Below are positions 18,154 to 28,438 of a DNA stretch of 64,000 bases, one piece after another; within the stretch, counting starts at the first letter, position 1, and each line of letters starts with the position of its first letter. Both the position numbers and the translations under genes were made by a program. Location: the NCBI GenBank assembly GCA_024228495.1, contig JAAETJ010000391.1:2491-66490 (forward strand), read 5' to 3'. Source of the DNA: a bacterium (GTDB lineage: Bacteria; Pseudomonadota; Alphaproteobacteria; Rhizobiales; JAKIUO01). The notes under the pieces were generated by a model. It ran no database searches. It was not told where the DNA came from and saw nothing but the letters and a program-made list of their open reading frames with translations.

Positions 18154-20187
18154 ATGACAAATAACCCGCACTTTCCTCTCATGCTCACGCCCCTCAAACT
18201 ACGACATAATGAGCTCAAGAACCGTGTCATTATGGGGGCCATGCATACCCGCCTTGAGGCCGCGCCCAATGGAGCACAGCGGCTGGCAGAATTTTATGCG
18301 GAACGCGCCAAAGGTGGTGTCGGGCTGATCATCACCGGGGGCTATGCTCCCAATATGGCCGGACATCTGGAGATGAACGGCCCCATCTTGAATGAGCGCG
18401 CCCAGATAGATGATCATCAGATCATCACCAATGCCGTACACGAAGCGGGCGGCAAAATATTACTACAAATCCTGCATACCGGGCGCTATGGTGGCACGTT
18501 GAAAACCGTCGCTCCTTCAGCCATTCGCGCTCCCATCAGCCCCCTCACCCCCAAAGCGCTGGAACCGGCGCAAGTCGAGCAAACCATCTCTGACTTTTCC
18601 ACCTGCGCCCAGCTCGCGCATGACGCTGGGTATGATGGCGTCGAGATCATGGGGTCTGAAGGCTATTTAATCAATCAGTTCACGGCAGCGCGTACCAATC
18701 AACGCGACGACAAATGGGGTGGATCGGCTGACAATCGTCACCGTTTCCCGCTTGAAATCGTCCGCGCCATTCGTGCTAATATACCCGATGAATTCATCAT
18801 CATGTATCGTATTTCGTCGCTTGAACTGGTGGAAGACGGGGCAACAGGCAAGGAAATCCTCTCGCTGGCCAAAGATATTGAACAAGCTGGCGCCGATATC
18901 TTGTCTACTGGCATTGGCTGGCATGAAGCGCGCATCCCCACTATCGCCTATATGGTGCCACGCGGCACCTGGAGCTTTGCCGCCAAGCGCATCAAGGACG
19001 CCGTAAACATCCCTGTGGTTGCCTCAAACCGCCTCAATACGCCCGAAACTGTGGAAGAGGTTTTGCGTGAGGGACATGGTGATCTCGCCTACCTGGCTCG
19101 TCCGCTGCTGGCTGACCCTGACTTTGTCAACAAAGCCGCTGCTGGCGAGCGCGATCAAATCAATATTTGCATCGCCTGCAATCAGGCCTGTCTTGATTAT
19201 ATTTTCAAAGCGAAAACTGCGACCTGCCTTGTCAATCCGCGCGCCGGACAAGAAAGCGCACTGCAAATTACCCCTGCCGAGCATCCAAAACGCATCGCCG
19301 TGATCGGTGGCGGCTCGGCTGGTATGGCGGCTGCCAGCATTGCAGGCGCGCGCGGTCATACCGTCATTTTGTTTGAAGCAAGTGAGCAACTTGGTGGCCA
19401 ATTGCAGCTGGCGCGCAAGGTGCCCGGCAAGGATGAATTTGATGAATTGTTGCGCTATTTCAAAAACCAGCTCGATACTCACAATGTCGAAATCCGGACC
19501 GGTGTGGCCGCAAACGTGCAAATGATCATGGATGAAAATTTTGACGAGATCATCATCGCCACCGGTGTTACTCCACGTCAGATCGAACTGGATGGGATTG
19601 ATCACGCAAAAACCGTTACTTACACGCAAATTTTGTCGGGCGAAAAAAACTGCGGCGACAATGTTGCAATCATTGGCGCGGGCGGGATCGGATTCGATGT
19701 CGCTGACTTCCTCTCCGTGCTCAAAAGCGATGACCGCTCGCCCAAAGCATTTCTCAGCGATTGGGGAGTTGACCAAGGGCTTGAGATCAAGGGAGGCCTC
19801 AGTCCACAAGGACCCTCACTAGAGCAAAGCCCCCGCCAGATCACTCTGTTGCAAAGAACCAGCGGCAAGCCGGGGCGCAGCCTTGGCTTCACCACAGGTT
19901 GGGCTCTTATGAAGGCTCTCAAACGGCGTGGCGTCAACATTCTCACCGGTGTCACCTATGAACACATCGTGGATGAAGGCCTGCAAATCGAGCTGGAGGG
20001 CGAAAAAACCATCATCCCCGCCGACACCATCGTCATTTGTGCCGGCCAGGAAAGCCAAACCTCCTTGCATGAAGAACTGTCCATGGCGGGCGTTTCCACT
20101 CATATCATTGGCGGTGCGGCACAAGCTGGCGAGTTGGATGCCCTGCGCGCCATATCGCAAGGCTATAATCTTGCGCTGAAGCTTTAG
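18154..20187 (+). CDS. fadH: NADPH-dependent 2,4-dienoyl-CoA reductase (OYE-like TIM barrel + FAD/NAD domains)
   Basis: N-terminal OYE-like LKNRVIMGAMHT, Fe-S Cys cluster CIACNQACLD, dinucleotide fold IAVIGGGSAGMAAA and VAIIGAGGIGFDVA. Confidence 0.9.
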   Translation: MTNNPHFPLMLTPLKLRHNELKNRVIMGAMHTRLEAAPNGAQRLAEFYAERAKGGVGLIITGGYAPNMAGHLEMNGPILNERAQIDDHQIITNAVHEAGGKILLQILHTGRYGGTLKTVAPSAIRAPISPLTPKALEPAQVEQTISDFSTCAQLAHDAGYDGVEIMGSEGYLINQFTAARTNQRDDKWGGSADNRHRFPLEIVRAIRANIPDEFIIMYRISSLELVEDGATGKEILSLAKDIEQAGADILSTGIGWHEARIPTIAYMVPRGTWSFAAKRIKDAVNIPVVASNRLNTPETVEEVLREGHGDLAYLARPLLADPDFVNKAAAGERDQINICIACNQACLDYIFKAKTATCLVNPRAGQESALQITPAEHPKRIAVIGGGSAGMAAASIAGARGHTVILFEASEQLGGQLQLARKVPGKDEFDELLRYFKNQLDTHNVEIRTGVAANVQMIMDENFDEIIIATGVTPRQIELDGIDHAKTVTYTQILSGEKNCGDNVAIIGAGGIGFDVADFLSVLKSDDRSPKAFLSDWGVDQGLEIKGGLSPQGPSLEQSPRQITLLQRTSGKPGRSLGFTTGWALMKALKRRGVNILTGVTYEHIVDEGLQIELEGEKTIIPADTIVICAGQESQTSLHEELSMAGVSTHIIGGAAQAGELDALRAISQGYNLALKL

Positions 20188-20735
20188 CCTTTTGGCGCAT
20201 TGTCCTTGAACGGTTCGTCAATCGGCGTGTCCATCAAATGATTGGCATAGTTCGATATGGTCTTCAGGGCGATCCCGGTGATCACTTCCAGCGCGTTTTC
20301 AGGGGAATATCCAAAAGCCAGAAATTCCTCTAGCTCTCCCTCTTTAAGATTGCCGCGCTGATCGACCATTTTACGTGTGAACTGGCGCAATCCCTCAAGT
20401 TCAACACTGACAATTGCCTCACCTGCAGCCGCAGCGCGAATCGTGCTTTCCGGCATGCTTTGCATCTGCGCGCCAGTGGTATGAGCGGCCACACAATAAT
20501 CACAGCCATTATATTGAGAAATGGTCAGCAACACGACTTGCTGTTCAATCGGTGAAAAACTGCTCCGGGTAAAAATCTCATTGACCCCGATATAGGCCTT
20601 GAGCGTTTTTGAAGAGGTCGCCATTTTGGCAAACAGGTTGAGGTCGAAGCCAAATTTGTTTTGCATGGCCGCCAGTACCCCTTTTGAATCATCAGGTGCA
20701 CTGTCTCTTGTGTGTAATGGAAAATGATCGCTCAT
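20184..20735 (-). CDS. Carboxymuconolactone decarboxylase / AhpD-like family protein
   Basis: CDYCVAAH (CxxC-x-x-H) motif. Size and helical character fit the family. Confidence 0.85.
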   Translation of the reverse strand: MSDHFPLHTRDSAPDDSKGVLAAMQNKFGFDLNLFAKMATSSKTLKAYIGVNEIFTRSSFSPIEQQVVLLTISQYNGCDYCVAAHTTGAQMQSMPESTIRAAAAGEAIVSVELEGLRQFTRKMVDQRGNLKEGELEEFLAFGYSPENALEVITGIALKTISNYANHLMDTPIDEPFKDNAPKG

Positions 20736-20863
20736 ATATATTCTCCCGTCTTGTAAGCCTACCAGCCAGACATTCTGGTTTGTTGTTTTTATCTATCTGT
20801 GTGGTCGATCAATAGCAACCAAATCAATGATCAAAATCTCATGACAAGGTGTTTGGCTTCACG

Positions 20864-21313
20864 TTACAAAAACGAAATGACATAGCGCTCGAAAAACGGT
20901 TTTTTACGCAACCATGCAACTATTGTGTCACGAAGGATGCGGCATCAGCTCGAACAATGCGGCCTGTCATTTTGGGGCACATTCTTTGCACGGCGGCAAG
21001 TCCCTGCCGTTTTCATCAAGCCCTTGTCATCGAGTCCTGGGAAACAAAACTCCATGGGAACGATGGCAACTTAATCCACGTCATAAAATTGTTCTTTACT
21101 GCCCCCACCCATGCACGCAACCGATCACCAAATGGGTCGGTAAACGGGTTTGCCAGAAGCGTACACTCTCGTGCCCGGTGCCGGTCCGATAATGTAAATT
21201 CTGGCTTTCGAGCTGGAAACAAAAACAGGGCGCGGTTCATGGGGAAGCGGTTCCCTTTGTGGATCATCAAGGCAATAGCGACAAATTTTGATCTGATTAA
21301 CCAGCGCAGTCAT
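20864..21313 (-). pseudogene. Uracil-DNA glycosylase superfamily gene, multiply disrupted
   Basis: Pieces in three frames: MTALVNQIKICRYCL..LPHEPRPVFVSSSKARIYIIGPAPG / PFTDPFGDRLRAWVG / FYDVD*VAIVPMEFCFPGLDDKG / DLPPCKECAPK*QAALFELMPHPS / RDTIVAWLRKKPFFE. At least 3 frameshifts, 2 in-frame stops and a probable internal deletion. Confidence 0.75.
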
Positions 21314-21369
21314 GCAAGGGTTGCCGGTCACGCCTTGCTTGTCATTAGGGGAGCCGCTTGATGCCAGTA

Positions 21370-22020
21370 TCAATTGTTTGAGTTTTGTTCGCCGATTTTC
21401 TTGATGCGCTGCAAGGTTTCATCAATCGAGCGCTCCAGATTTTCGCTGGTTTCTGGTGGCTGAACCTGTCCGTTCGGCAACGTGCTGCCAGCCTGCTCTT
21501 CTCTCGCCATGGAGCTGGCGGAAATTGCAGCTGCGGGGGCCGCGACATGTTGCAAGGAAGTGTTATCAGCGCCGCTGTGACCCATAACCGGTGCGGTCCC
21601 GTCTCTTACAGATGCAGCGTCAGATCCGCGCCCCCCCCGTTTTGGGGCAATCGGCGCTAATTCGGGTGAATTAGCTGTTTTTTTTTGCTTGTTACGACCA
21701 TTAAACAGCCATAAGGGGAAGGTGAACAAGACCGCCTCAAACATCAGCCACATTATTCGCCCCACCATAATAAACAGGGCAAAAGCCAGCTTGTCGTCGA
21801 GATTGAGCAGTGTATTCCATTGGGAATAATCAGCAAGATAGGGACTAGTGACCATCCAACTCAAAAAGTCATGGGTATATTCATGGATACTTTCCCATTG
21901 CTGTTTGTAATTAAAGAACATCCAGACATAAAAAACCGCACCAATCACAATCCCGATCAGCAACCGCCAAAATCCGACCAATACACGACGAAAACCAATC
22001 CATAACCACATAACAAGCAA
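21370..22020 (-). CDS. Hypothetical membrane protein with disordered C-terminal half
   Basis: 3-4 hydrophobic segments in the N-terminal 120 residues, then a Pro/Ala/Ser-rich tail. No family recognised. Confidence 0.5.
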   Translation of the reverse strand: MLVMWLWIGFRRVLVGFWRLLIGIVIGAVFYVWMFFNYKQQWESIHEYTHDFLSWMVTSPYLADYSQWNTLLNLDDKLAFALFIMVGRIMWLMFEAVLFTFPLWLFNGRNKQKKTANSPELAPIAPKRGGRGSDAASVRDGTAPVMGHSGADNTSLQHVAAPAAAISASSMAREEQAGSTLPNGQVQPPETSENLERSIDETLQRIKKIGEQNSNN

Positions 22021-22273
22021 ACCCCTTAAACTGTCTTTTCTTAAACTTTATACCATAGAAGGCTCCCTGTCAGGCAGTTTATACCCCTTTGTCGCCAAGG
22101 CACGCTGCGTATACCTTCCGGACACGTTGAATGTCAATAAAGCAATCAAAATGAACAAGTTACCCACCAAGGGTGGTAAAACACTCTATTCTTGTCGGCA
22201 AATCTGTTATAGTGCGTGAGATTCGTACCGCGTTTTGAGCTTGAGAACCCCGTTTGCGGGACAAGAGGAAATC

Positions 22274-24589
22274 ATGGCGCTGTTCAAGAATCTATTTAGC
22301 AAATCAAAGGCTCCACAAGAAGCCCAAAAAGCCAAGCCTCAAGCAAAGCCGGTTCGTAAAAATAAAAAGGCCCATGAGCAAGAAAGCCTAGAACTTTTTG
22401 CCAGCGAACTTGGTTCAGAGGCGAAAGAAGCCAAAGTGGTCATCGAGCCTGCGGCGGCAAAAACTGTTGACGCATCTAAAAGCATGGCTAAAACAACTGC
22501 GCAAGATGTACCCGAATTTTTAAAACCAATTGAACCCACAGCAATCGAGTCAGACCAAACACAGATGAGCCAGCAATCAACCGCCAAGAAAACACCTCCC
22601 AGAAAAGTCCCCGCCCCCAAAACGGCGTCGCGCAAAACAACTTCGAAATCTGGTGAAGCCGATTATACCGCCGCCGATATTGAGGTGCTTGAAGGGCTGG
22701 AGCCGGTGCGTCGACGCCCCGGCATGTATATTGGCGGCACCGACCGCAAGGCGTTACATCATCTGTTCGCCGAAGTCATCGATAATTCAATGGACGAAGC
22801 CGTGGCCGGTTTCGCCACCTGGATCGAAGTCGAGTTGATGGCCAATAATTCATTGAAAGTCAGCGATAATGGGCGCGGTATTCCCGTTGATCCTCATCCG
22901 AAATTCAAGAACAAATCTGCCCTTGAGGTGATCCTCACCACCCTGCATGCTGGCGGTAAATTCGATAGCAAGGTCTACCAGACCTCCGGCGGCCTGCACG
23001 GCGTTGGAGCCTCTGTGGTCAATGCCCTGTCGGACGTGATGATTGTCGAAGTGGCTCGCGATAGAAAGCTTTATCGTCAAGAATTTTCGCGCGGCATTCC
23101 CAAGAGCAAACTACAAAAACTCGGCAAGGTCGCCAATCGACGTGGCACATCGATTTTATTCCATCCTGACGCGGATATTTTTGGTGAGAACACCTTGTTC
23201 CGCCCGGCCCGCCTAATGCGCATGGCGCGCTCCAAAGCCTATTTGTTTGGTGGTGTTGAAATCCGCTGGAAATGTGCCCCTGAGCTGATCAGTGAAAAAG
23301 ACAATGTACCAACAGAAGCGACCTTCCATTTCCCGGGTGGTCTCAAGGATTTTGTCACCGAGCGCCTTGAGGGACTGGTCACCGTCACCAGTGATATATT
23401 CGCGGGCAAGGTCGAAAAAGAAGGCGGTCACGGTTCCGTCGAATGGGCTGTCTCCTGGATCGCCAATGCCGACGGGTTTTTAAACACCTATTGCAACACC
23501 GTCCCGACCATTGAAGGCGGCACCCATGAAACCGGCCTGCGCGGCGCCCTCACCAAGGGCTTGCGCACATATGGCGAGATGACCAAAAACAAAAAAGCCG
23601 CGCAAATCACTGCAGACGATGTGCTTAGCACCTCTGGCGCCATGATGAGCGTGTTTATCCGCGAACCCGAATTTCAAGGTCAGACCAAGGAAAAACTGGC
23701 CACGTCTGCGGCCACCCGCATTGTCGAAAACTCCGTACGCGATGCGTTTGACCATTGGCTCACAGCCAACCCGAAGCAAGCCAGCAAGCTGCTCGACTGG
23801 GTGGTCGATCGCTCCGAAGAACGCCTTAAACGCAAGCGCGACAAGGAAGTCTCGCGCAAAACCGCCACCAAGAAACTGCGCCTGCCCGGCAAGCTCGCCG
23901 ATTGTTCACAGCGGGGTGCCAAGAACGCTGAAATCTTCATTGTCGAAGGGGACAGTGCTGGTGGTTCCGCCAAGCAGGCCCGCAATCGCAAAAACCAGGC
24001 GATCCTGCCACTGCGCGGTAAAATCCTCAATGTCGGCAACGCCTCCAGCGCCAAAATTTCAGCCAACCAGCTGTTGAATGATCTCACCCAGGCACTTGGC
24101 TGCGGCGTTGGTGCTGCCTATAGCGAAGATGATCTGCGCTATGAGCGCATCATCATCATGACCGATGCTGATGTCGATGGTGCACATATCGCCGCCTTGC
24201 TCATCACCTTCTTTTATCGCCAGATGCCCAAGCTCGTCGATCAGGGCCACCTGTTCGTTGCCGTGCCGCCGCTCTATCGCATCACCCAAGGCTCAAAGAC
24301 CTTGTACGCCCGTGATGACTCCCACAAGGACGAGCTGCTGGCGGCCGAGTTCACGGGGCGCGGCAAAATCGATATTGGTCGCTTTAAAGGCCTTGGCGAA
24401 ATGATGGCCGCCCAGCTAAAAGAAACCACCATGCTGCCCGGCAAACGCACCTTATTGCAGGTGCAGATAGACGAAGACGAGCGCGAGGAAACGGCGGATA
24501 CGGTGCAGCAGCTGATGGGCAACAAGCCAGAGGCAAGATTTCATTTTATTCAAGCGAATGCAGAGTTCGCCCATGATCTGGATATTTAG
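22274..24589 (+). CDS. parE: DNA topoisomerase IV subunit B with about 129-codon basic low-complexity N-terminal extension
   Basis: IEVLEGLEPVRRRPGMYIGG, GHKL ATPase motifs (DNGRGIP, GGLHGVG), Toprim EIFIVEGDSAGGSAKQ and IMTDADVDGAHI. No GyrB-type C-terminal insert. ATG 22274 follows GAGGAA. Confidence 0.92.
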   Translation: MALFKNLFSKSKAPQEAQKAKPQAKPVRKNKKAHEQESLELFASELGSEAKEAKVVIEPAAAKTVDASKSMAKTTAQDVPEFLKPIEPTAIESDQTQMSQQSTAKKTPPRKVPAPKTASRKTTSKSGEADYTAADIEVLEGLEPVRRRPGMYIGGTDRKALHHLFAEVIDNSMDEAVAGFATWIEVELMANNSLKVSDNGRGIPVDPHPKFKNKSALEVILTTLHAGGKFDSKVYQTSGGLHGVGASVVNALSDVMIVEVARDRKLYRQEFSRGIPKSKLQKLGKVANRRGTSILFHPDADIFGENTLFRPARLMRMARSKAYLFGGVEIRWKCAPELISEKDNVPTEATFHFPGGLKDFVTERLEGLVTVTSDIFAGKVEKEGGHGSVEWAVSWIANADGFLNTYCNTVPTIEGGTHETGLRGALTKGLRTYGEMTKNKKAAQITADDVLSTSGAMMSVFIREPEFQGQTKEKLATSAATRIVENSVRDAFDHWLTANPKQASKLLDWVVDRSEERLKRKRDKEVSRKTATKKLRLPGKLADCSQRGAKNAEIFIVEGDSAGGSAKQARNRKNQAILPLRGKILNVGNASSAKISANQLLNDLTQALGCGVGAAYSEDDLRYERIIIMTDADVDGAHIAALLITFFYRQMPKLVDQGHLFVAVPPLYRITQGSKTLYARDDSHKDELLAAEFTGRGKIDIGRFKGLGEMMAAQLKETTMLPGKRTLLQVQIDEDEREETADTVQQLMGNKPEARFHFIQANAEFAHDLDI

Positions 24590-24654
24590 AAGGCTGCTCG
24601 TCGCTCAAGTGACGCAGAACGTCCAGACCATGCATGCAAAGGGAGGAATATTTT

Positions 24655-25017
24655 ATGAGCTCTCAATTTTTAGCGATTATTTGTACTGGTTTCACATTAC
24701 TCGCCATCAGCATGTCTTCGCCAGCGATAGCGCGTAATGCCAAATGCCTCATCACATCAGGCAATAGCACGCAATTTCGAAGGGTCTGTGATTTTCAGGC
24801 CGAGCCAAATGGTTCCTTTTCTTTGACAAACACTAAAAAATCGGGTCGTTTCTTTGGAGATACCGTGGTTGTGTCGGTCACTGTTCTTTCAAAAAACAGA
24901 GCCGATATCAGAGGCTTGACAAAATCGGGTATCAATTCACGCTGGGGTTCTGTCAAACGCTCACGAAAAGACCGCGCTTGCTGGGTCGGCAGCGATTTCA
25001 AAATCTGCGCGTGGTAA
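24655..25017 (+). CDS. Small secreted Cys-containing hypothetical protein
   Basis: Strong SD AGGGAGGAA, signal peptide MSSQFLAIICTGFTLLAISMSSPAIA, 4 Cys. Confidence 0.5.
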   Translation: MSSQFLAIICTGFTLLAISMSSPAIARNAKCLITSGNSTQFRRVCDFQAEPNGSFSLTNTKKSGRFFGDTVVVSVTVLSKNRADIRGLTKSGINSRWGSVKRSRKDRACWVGSDFKICAW

Positions 25018-25043
25018 TTGCAGAATCTTGGAAAGCTAAATAT

Positions 25044-25193
25044 ATGGATGAACAAGAGCAGCGCAAGGTACAACAAAAGCACAAAGATGAGACCAGCGCC
25101 ATGTTTCGCCGCGTGCTGGTGATGGGCGCTATCAAGCTCATAGTGCTGTCAGCAGTTTCTGGGGCATTTGTCTATTGGTACATGTACGCCTGA
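25044..25193 (+). CDS. Possible 49-residue single-pass membrane protein
   Basis: Charged N-terminus then VLVMGAIKLIVLSAVSGAFVYWYMY. Weak SD. Low support. Confidence 0.3.
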   Translation: MDEQEQRKVQQKHKDETSAMFRRVLVMGAIKLIVLSAVSGAFVYWYMYA

Positions 25194-25200
25194 GCAGCAA

Positions 25201-26793
25201 CTACCCCTTCGCCAGCTCACCAGCCAAGCCGCTCGCAATTAACGCCCGACTTTCTTCAAGCCCATATAGCTCGACAAAATTACCGAACCGTGGCCCTTGG
25301 CTCTGGCCAAGCAAAACCTCATAAAGCGCCGTGAACCAGGCACGCAAGGGGTCAAACTCATGCTCTTTGCCAACCGCATAAACCACATTTTGAATAGTGC
25401 CGCCATCAGCGTCCGTATCCAGTTCCCCAAGCTTTACTTCCAGATCTTTTAGCGCAGCGGCTTCTTGCTCGGTCGGTGCACGATAGGTCTTAGTGGGTTT
25501 GACGAAATGTTCGTAATAGCCAATCGCATAACCAACCAAATGATCGAGCAACGGATAGTTTTGCGGCGTCGCATCCGGCGCGTAGCGACGAATGAAGCCC
25601 CACAAGACATCAGGATCAGAGGCGTTTGAAGCGCTCACCAAATTGAGCAATAGCGCAAAGCTGATGGGCAGCTCTGCTTCTGGCGGATTGCCACCATGAA
25701 TATGCCAGACCGGATTACTGAGCTGATCCTTGCCTTCTTGTTCTGGATATTTCGACAAGAAGGTCAAATACTCATCGACATTTTTAGGGATGATATCAAA
25801 GTGCAGCCGCTTGGCGGTCTTGGGTTTTTGATACATGAACAAAGACAAGCTTTGCGGCGAGGCATAACTCAACCACTCATCAATGGTAATGCCATTGCCA
25901 ATGGACTTGGAAATCTTCTGGCCTTTTTCATCGAGAAACAGCTCATAGGAAAATCCATCCGGCGGCGTGCCGCCCATGGAGCGACAGATTTTCCCCGACA
26001 AGCGCACACTATCAATAAGGTCCTTTCCAGCCATCTCGTAATCGACACCAAGGGCCGTCCAGCGCATGGCCCAATCGGCCTTCCACTGGCATTTGACATG
26101 CCCGCCCGTGACCGGCAATTCAACGAGATCACCACTTGACGGGTCTTCATAAACAATGGTGCCCTTTTTGACATTGAGCACCTTCATGGGCACCTGCAGC
26201 ACCTTACCGCTCGTTGGGCAAATCGGCAAAAACGGCGAATAGGTTTTCTGACGTTCACCACCAAGGGTCGGCAAAATGATTTCCATGATCTTGTCATAGA
26301 CGCCAAGCATACGCAGTAAAGTCTCATCCAGTGCGCCAGATTTATAACGCTCGGTAGCAGAGACAAATTCATAGTCAAATTTGAACTGATCAAGGAAGCT
26401 TTGCAGGCGAGCATTATTATGAGCGGCGAAACTGTCATGAGTGCCAAAAGGATCTGGCACCACGCTCAAAGGCTTGTCCAGATGCTCTGCCAGCATATCC
26501 TGGTTTGGCAGATTGGCTGGTATCTTGCGCAGGCCGTCCATATCGTCTGAAAAGCAGATCATGCGCGTCTTGCGACCGGTCAGCACTCTAAAGGCATGAC
26601 GCACCATATCGGTACGCGCCACCTCGCCAAAGGTGCCGATATGTGGTAAGCCCGAGGGACCATAGCCTGTTTCGAACAAAACCACTTCTGGTTGATCTTT
26701 CAGCCGATCAAGCCGCTTGATGAGGTTTCGCGCTTCCATGAAAGGCCAGGCCTTGCTGCCCTCGGCCAGTGTCATCAGCGCCTCATCGGTCAT
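25201..26793 (-). CDS. lysK: Class I lysine--tRNA ligase
   Basis: HIGH-type motif [10 protein letters not shown] and KMSKS-type KISKSIGNG. The length and architecture match class I LysRS, which is known in alphaproteobacteria. Confidence 0.92.
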   Translation of the reverse strand: MTDEALMTLAEGSKAWPFMEARNLIKRLDRLKDQPEVVLFETGYGPSGLPHIGTFGEVARTDMVRHAFRVLTGRKTRMICFSDDMDGLRKIPANLPNQDMLAEHLDKPLSVVPDPFGTHDSFAAHNNARLQSFLDQFKFDYEFVSATERYKSGALDETLLRMLGVYDKIMEIILPTLGGERQKTYSPFLPICPTSGKVLQVPMKVLNVKKGTIVYEDPSSGDLVELPVTGGHVKCQWKADWAMRWTALGVDYEMAGKDLIDSVRLSGKICRSMGGTPPDGFSYELFLDEKGQKISKSIGNGITIDEWLSYASPQSLSLFMYQKPKTAKRLHFDIIPKNVDEYLTFLSKYPEQEGKDQLSNPVWHIHGGNPPEAELPISFALLLNLVSASNASDPDVLWGFIRRYAPDATPQNYPLLDHLVGYAIGYYEHFVKPTKTYRAPTEQEAAALKDLEVKLGELDTDADGGTIQNVVYAVGKEHEFDPLRAWFTALYEVLLGQSQGPRFGNFVELYGLEESRALIASGLAGELAKG

Positions 26794-26941
26794 GTTTTGC
26801 GATCCTTTGCATGATTATTTTCAACTGCTTGTTATCGGCAAAATCATAAAGAAGCAATCTTGGTGTTTGCAACTGCTTGCGAAAAGAGTACATCTGTTGG
26901 AAACTACCGTTCTTTATAAAAAACTTTGAAGGATAGACCCT

Positions 26942-27355
26942 ATGCCCGGCCCCCTTTCCCCCCATGACGCCCTCATCTATATTATGGTCACCATGTCTGC
27001 CGTCGATCGGGATATGACTGACAAGGAAACCATGCGCATTGGTCAAATGGTCCAGAACCTGCCCGCCTTTCGTGATTTCGATATCGAACAGCTTGTTCAT
27101 ACGGCCGAAGCCTGTGGAAATGTCCTGTCGAGAGAAGACGGTCTCGATAAAATTCTTGAAGAAGTGTCGAAAAATCTCCCTAAAAAACTACACGAAACCG
27201 CCTACGCTTTGGCTGTTGAGGTTGCGGCCGCCGATCTTGATATCAAAGCGGAAGAACTGCGCTTTTTACAGCTATTGCGCGATGCGCTTGATCTCGAACC
27301 ACTAATCTGTTCGGCCATTGAACGCGGTGCACGGGCACGGCATCACACCATTTGA
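26942..27355 (+). CDS. TerB-family (tellurite-resistance-like) protein
   Basis: ALIYIMVTMSAVDRDMTDKE...AYALAVEVAAADLDIKAEELRFLQLLRDAL shows the two TerB half-repeats. Confidence 0.75.
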   Translation: MPGPLSPHDALIYIMVTMSAVDRDMTDKETMRIGQMVQNLPAFRDFDIEQLVHTAEACGNVLSREDGLDKILEEVSKNLPKKLHETAYALAVEVAAADLDIKAEELRFLQLLRDALDLEPLICSAIERGARARHHTI

Positions 27356-27364
27356 TGTGCTCTT

Positions 27365-27391
27365 GGCTTGTCTGTTTAAAACAGACAAGCC
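27365..27391 (+). terminator. Perfect 13-bp-arm hairpin 10 nt after the TerB-family stop
   Basis: GGCTTGTCTGTTT-A-AAACAGACAAGCC. No following T-run, so intrinsic-terminator status is uncertain. Confidence 0.4.
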
Positions 27392-27491
27392 GTAAGCGAA
27401 ATATTGCCACATTCTGGGCCAACCCAAGCCCCAATCATCAGCTTTTATCAGGGGGATTAAAAATGCGCGGACAGCCGGTGGGATTTTCAAG

Positions 27492-27890
27492 ATGCAAAAA
27501 AATAAACGCGGAGTAAAATTGTTTGTATCTGATCGCACCCGCGAGTGGACGACTGACTTCTTGATTGGTATTGGCATGTTTTTGCTTGTGGCATTATTCG
27601 CCAGCACGCATACAAAATCAGCGATGCCAGCGCCGCTCGCAAAAACCCGAACATCATTAGAACAAACAATGTTCCCCGCAAACGAAACAGTTATTGTCGC
27701 AAAAACAAACATCTCATCAAATCATACCTCAAGCATTCAGAAAATGCCGCAGCTCAACAGCTCCAGCAATAAATTGTTAATGGTATTCATGGCGCTGGTG
27801 TTTTCCGCGCTGGTGTCTCTGACTTCTCACTTCTGGCGTAACCTCCGCCGCGAACATGCCTCCCCGCGGCGGAAATGGGGAAAAGGTTAG
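27492..27890 (+). CDS. Hypothetical two-TM protein
   Basis: ORF with two hydrophobic segments and a basic C-terminus. No family recognised and weak coding support. Confidence 0.35.
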   Translation: MQKNKRGVKLFVSDRTREWTTDFLIGIGMFLLVALFASTHTKSAMPAPLAKTRTSLEQTMFPANETVIVAKTNISSNHTSSIQKMPQLNSSSNKLLMVFMALVFSALVSLTSHFWRNLRREHASPRRKWGKG

Positions 27891-28056
27891 TGTCACTAAT
27901 TAGGAGTTGGCGCAAACCTTTTCCCCGCAATTTATGTACAACTAAACGCGTCTCCCCGTTCCATCCAGACGATTAGATTTCCAGCACCTTCCCTTTTTGC
28001 TGCAATTCTTCTATGATTTGTGAGAGATTTTGTTTTGCATTAAAGGGATAAGGGAC

Positions 28057-28311
28057 ATGGCGACATTCATCGCAATATTCTTTGCGCTATTTATTTTTAC
28101 ATTGACCACGGCAGGTATCATAACGGCCGTTGGCAGTGTCAATACCGAGCAATATGATATTGCGGCGGCTGCTAACCTGGTCAAAACCATCTATGTAAAA
28201 TCCTTCGGCGTCCCCGAGATAGCCGCTGGCCCCATCAGCTTCTTGCTGTTGGCGATCCCGGCTGTGCTGTCCTTTTACATCATCCAGACCATGTTCACGC
28301 GCAAACGCTAA
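28057..28311 (+). CDS. Hypothetical small membrane protein
   Basis: SD AAGGGA, two hydrophobic helices (MATFIAIFFALFIFTLTTAGIITAV; ISFLLLAIPAVLSFYII). Confidence 0.45.
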   Translation: MATFIAIFFALFIFTLTTAGIITAVGSVNTEQYDIAAAANLVKTIYVKSFGVPEIAAGPISFLLLAIPAVLSFYIIQTMFTRKR

Positions 28312-28438
28312 AGCTTGGCTGCAATCTCCAGCAATCGCTTAGCCTCATAACTCATGACTATTATAAATAATTACTATTGATTAAATTATCTAATATGTTA
28401 TTTATTGAAGTGCAATATCTTATTAACAGAGATGTCTC

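Noticed and set aside
19024-19809. 261-codon minus-strand ORF
   Set aside because: It lies entirely antisense within fadH, which has strong motif support.
20849-21361. 170-codon plus-strand ORF
   Set aside because: It is antisense to the UDG-family pseudogene fragments, which explain the region better.
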